Positions 63,763-64,000 of a DNA stretch of 64,000 nucleotides are shown piece by piece. The notes under the pieces were generated by a model that was not told the origin of the DNA, ran no database searches, and saw only the letters and a list, made by a program, of their open reading frames with translations. The stretch is taken from NCBI RefSeq assembly GCF_022846255.1, contig NZ_AP025682.1, one strand, 5' to 3'. The translations under genes and the position numbers were made by a program. This stretch comes from Escherichia coli (GTDB lineage Bacteria; Pseudomonadota; Gammaproteobacteria; Enterobacterales; Enterobacteriaceae). Positions within the stretch are counted from its first letter, which is position 1. Every line of letters starts with the position of its first letter.

Positions 63763-64000
63763 CAAACCATGGGGAGCTACGCCTGATGAGTGGTTTCATT
63801 TTGACCTGGTATTGGGGAGAACTGATCATCTTCTGCCAGTTGTATGTAACCCCGGTGCGACCATATCCCCTGATAGTAAACTGAAAGCGTTGGGTAAGAC
63901 GCCGAGTCGCTATAACCGGGACCGCCAGGTCACCGGTATTGCTCAATGGACCGGGCATGTTGTTACTGAGCATGATTTTGCCCGCTGGTCGAATGAACCG
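63752..64000 (+). CDS. Hypothetical phage protein, N-terminal fragment (continues beyond the window); possibly replication/primase-related
   Basis: ATG at 63752 opens MSDSKPWGATPDEWFHFDLVLGRTDHLLPVV... with no stop before the window end; overlaps the Cro-like stop. Confidence 0.45.
   Translation, partial: MSDSKPWGATPDEWFHFDLVLGRTDHLLPVVCNPGATISPDSKLKALGKTPSRYNRDRQVTGIAQWTGHVVTEHDFARWSNEP

Larger units (their letters stand above)
49900..64000. mobile_element. Prophage-like integrated element (left end near 49.8-49.95 kb; right end beyond the window)
   Basis: Tyrosine integrase next to the last core gene (yfhL), followed by excisionase-like, helicase, nuclease, family-A DNA polymerase, ssDNA-binding and CI/Cro-like genes; none of this follows yfhL in K-12 as recalled. 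Confidence 0.85.

Overview
The window is an Escherichia coli-type chromosomal segment syntenic with the K-12 ffh to yfhL region, interrupted by two mobile elements. Core content, in order: ypjD (partial), ffh, the rpsP-rimM-trmD-rplS operon, yfiB-dgcN-yfiR, yfiL, aroF-tyrA, pheA with its pheL leader, raiA, bamD, rluD, pgeF(yfiH), clpB, a complete rRNA operon (16S, tRNA-Glu, 23S, 5S; rrnG by context), kgtP, yfiM, pssA, patZ, tapT(yfiP), trxC, yfiF, ung, grcA, eamB, yfiE, srmB, yfiC, nadB, rpoE-rseABC, lepA-lepB, rnc-era-recO-pdxJ-acpS, shoB and yfhL. Mobile element 1 is an intact IS4 (1426 bp) with a perfect 13-bp target-site duplication, inserted in the palindromic terminator between raiA and bamD. 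Mobile element 2 is a prophage-like element starting just past yfhL and running off the window end. It has a tyrosine integrase, an excisionase-like gene, and a leftward replication module (DUF2800 nuclease, DUF2815 ssDNA-binding protein, family-A DNA polymerase, VRR-NUC, SNF2 helicase) next to a CI-like/Cro-like switch. The main hunt result is inside that module: three AT-rich cargo genes, each followed by its own terminator hairpin, encode a SIR2-like protein, a TIR-like protein and an NDT/TIR-fold-like protein. I propose these as a candidate prophage-borne anti-phage (NAD+/nucleotide-targeting, Thoeris-reminiscent) gene set that needs experimental testing. All protein assignments rest on reading the supplied translations and on recalled family motifs and E. 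coli gene order; no database search was run.
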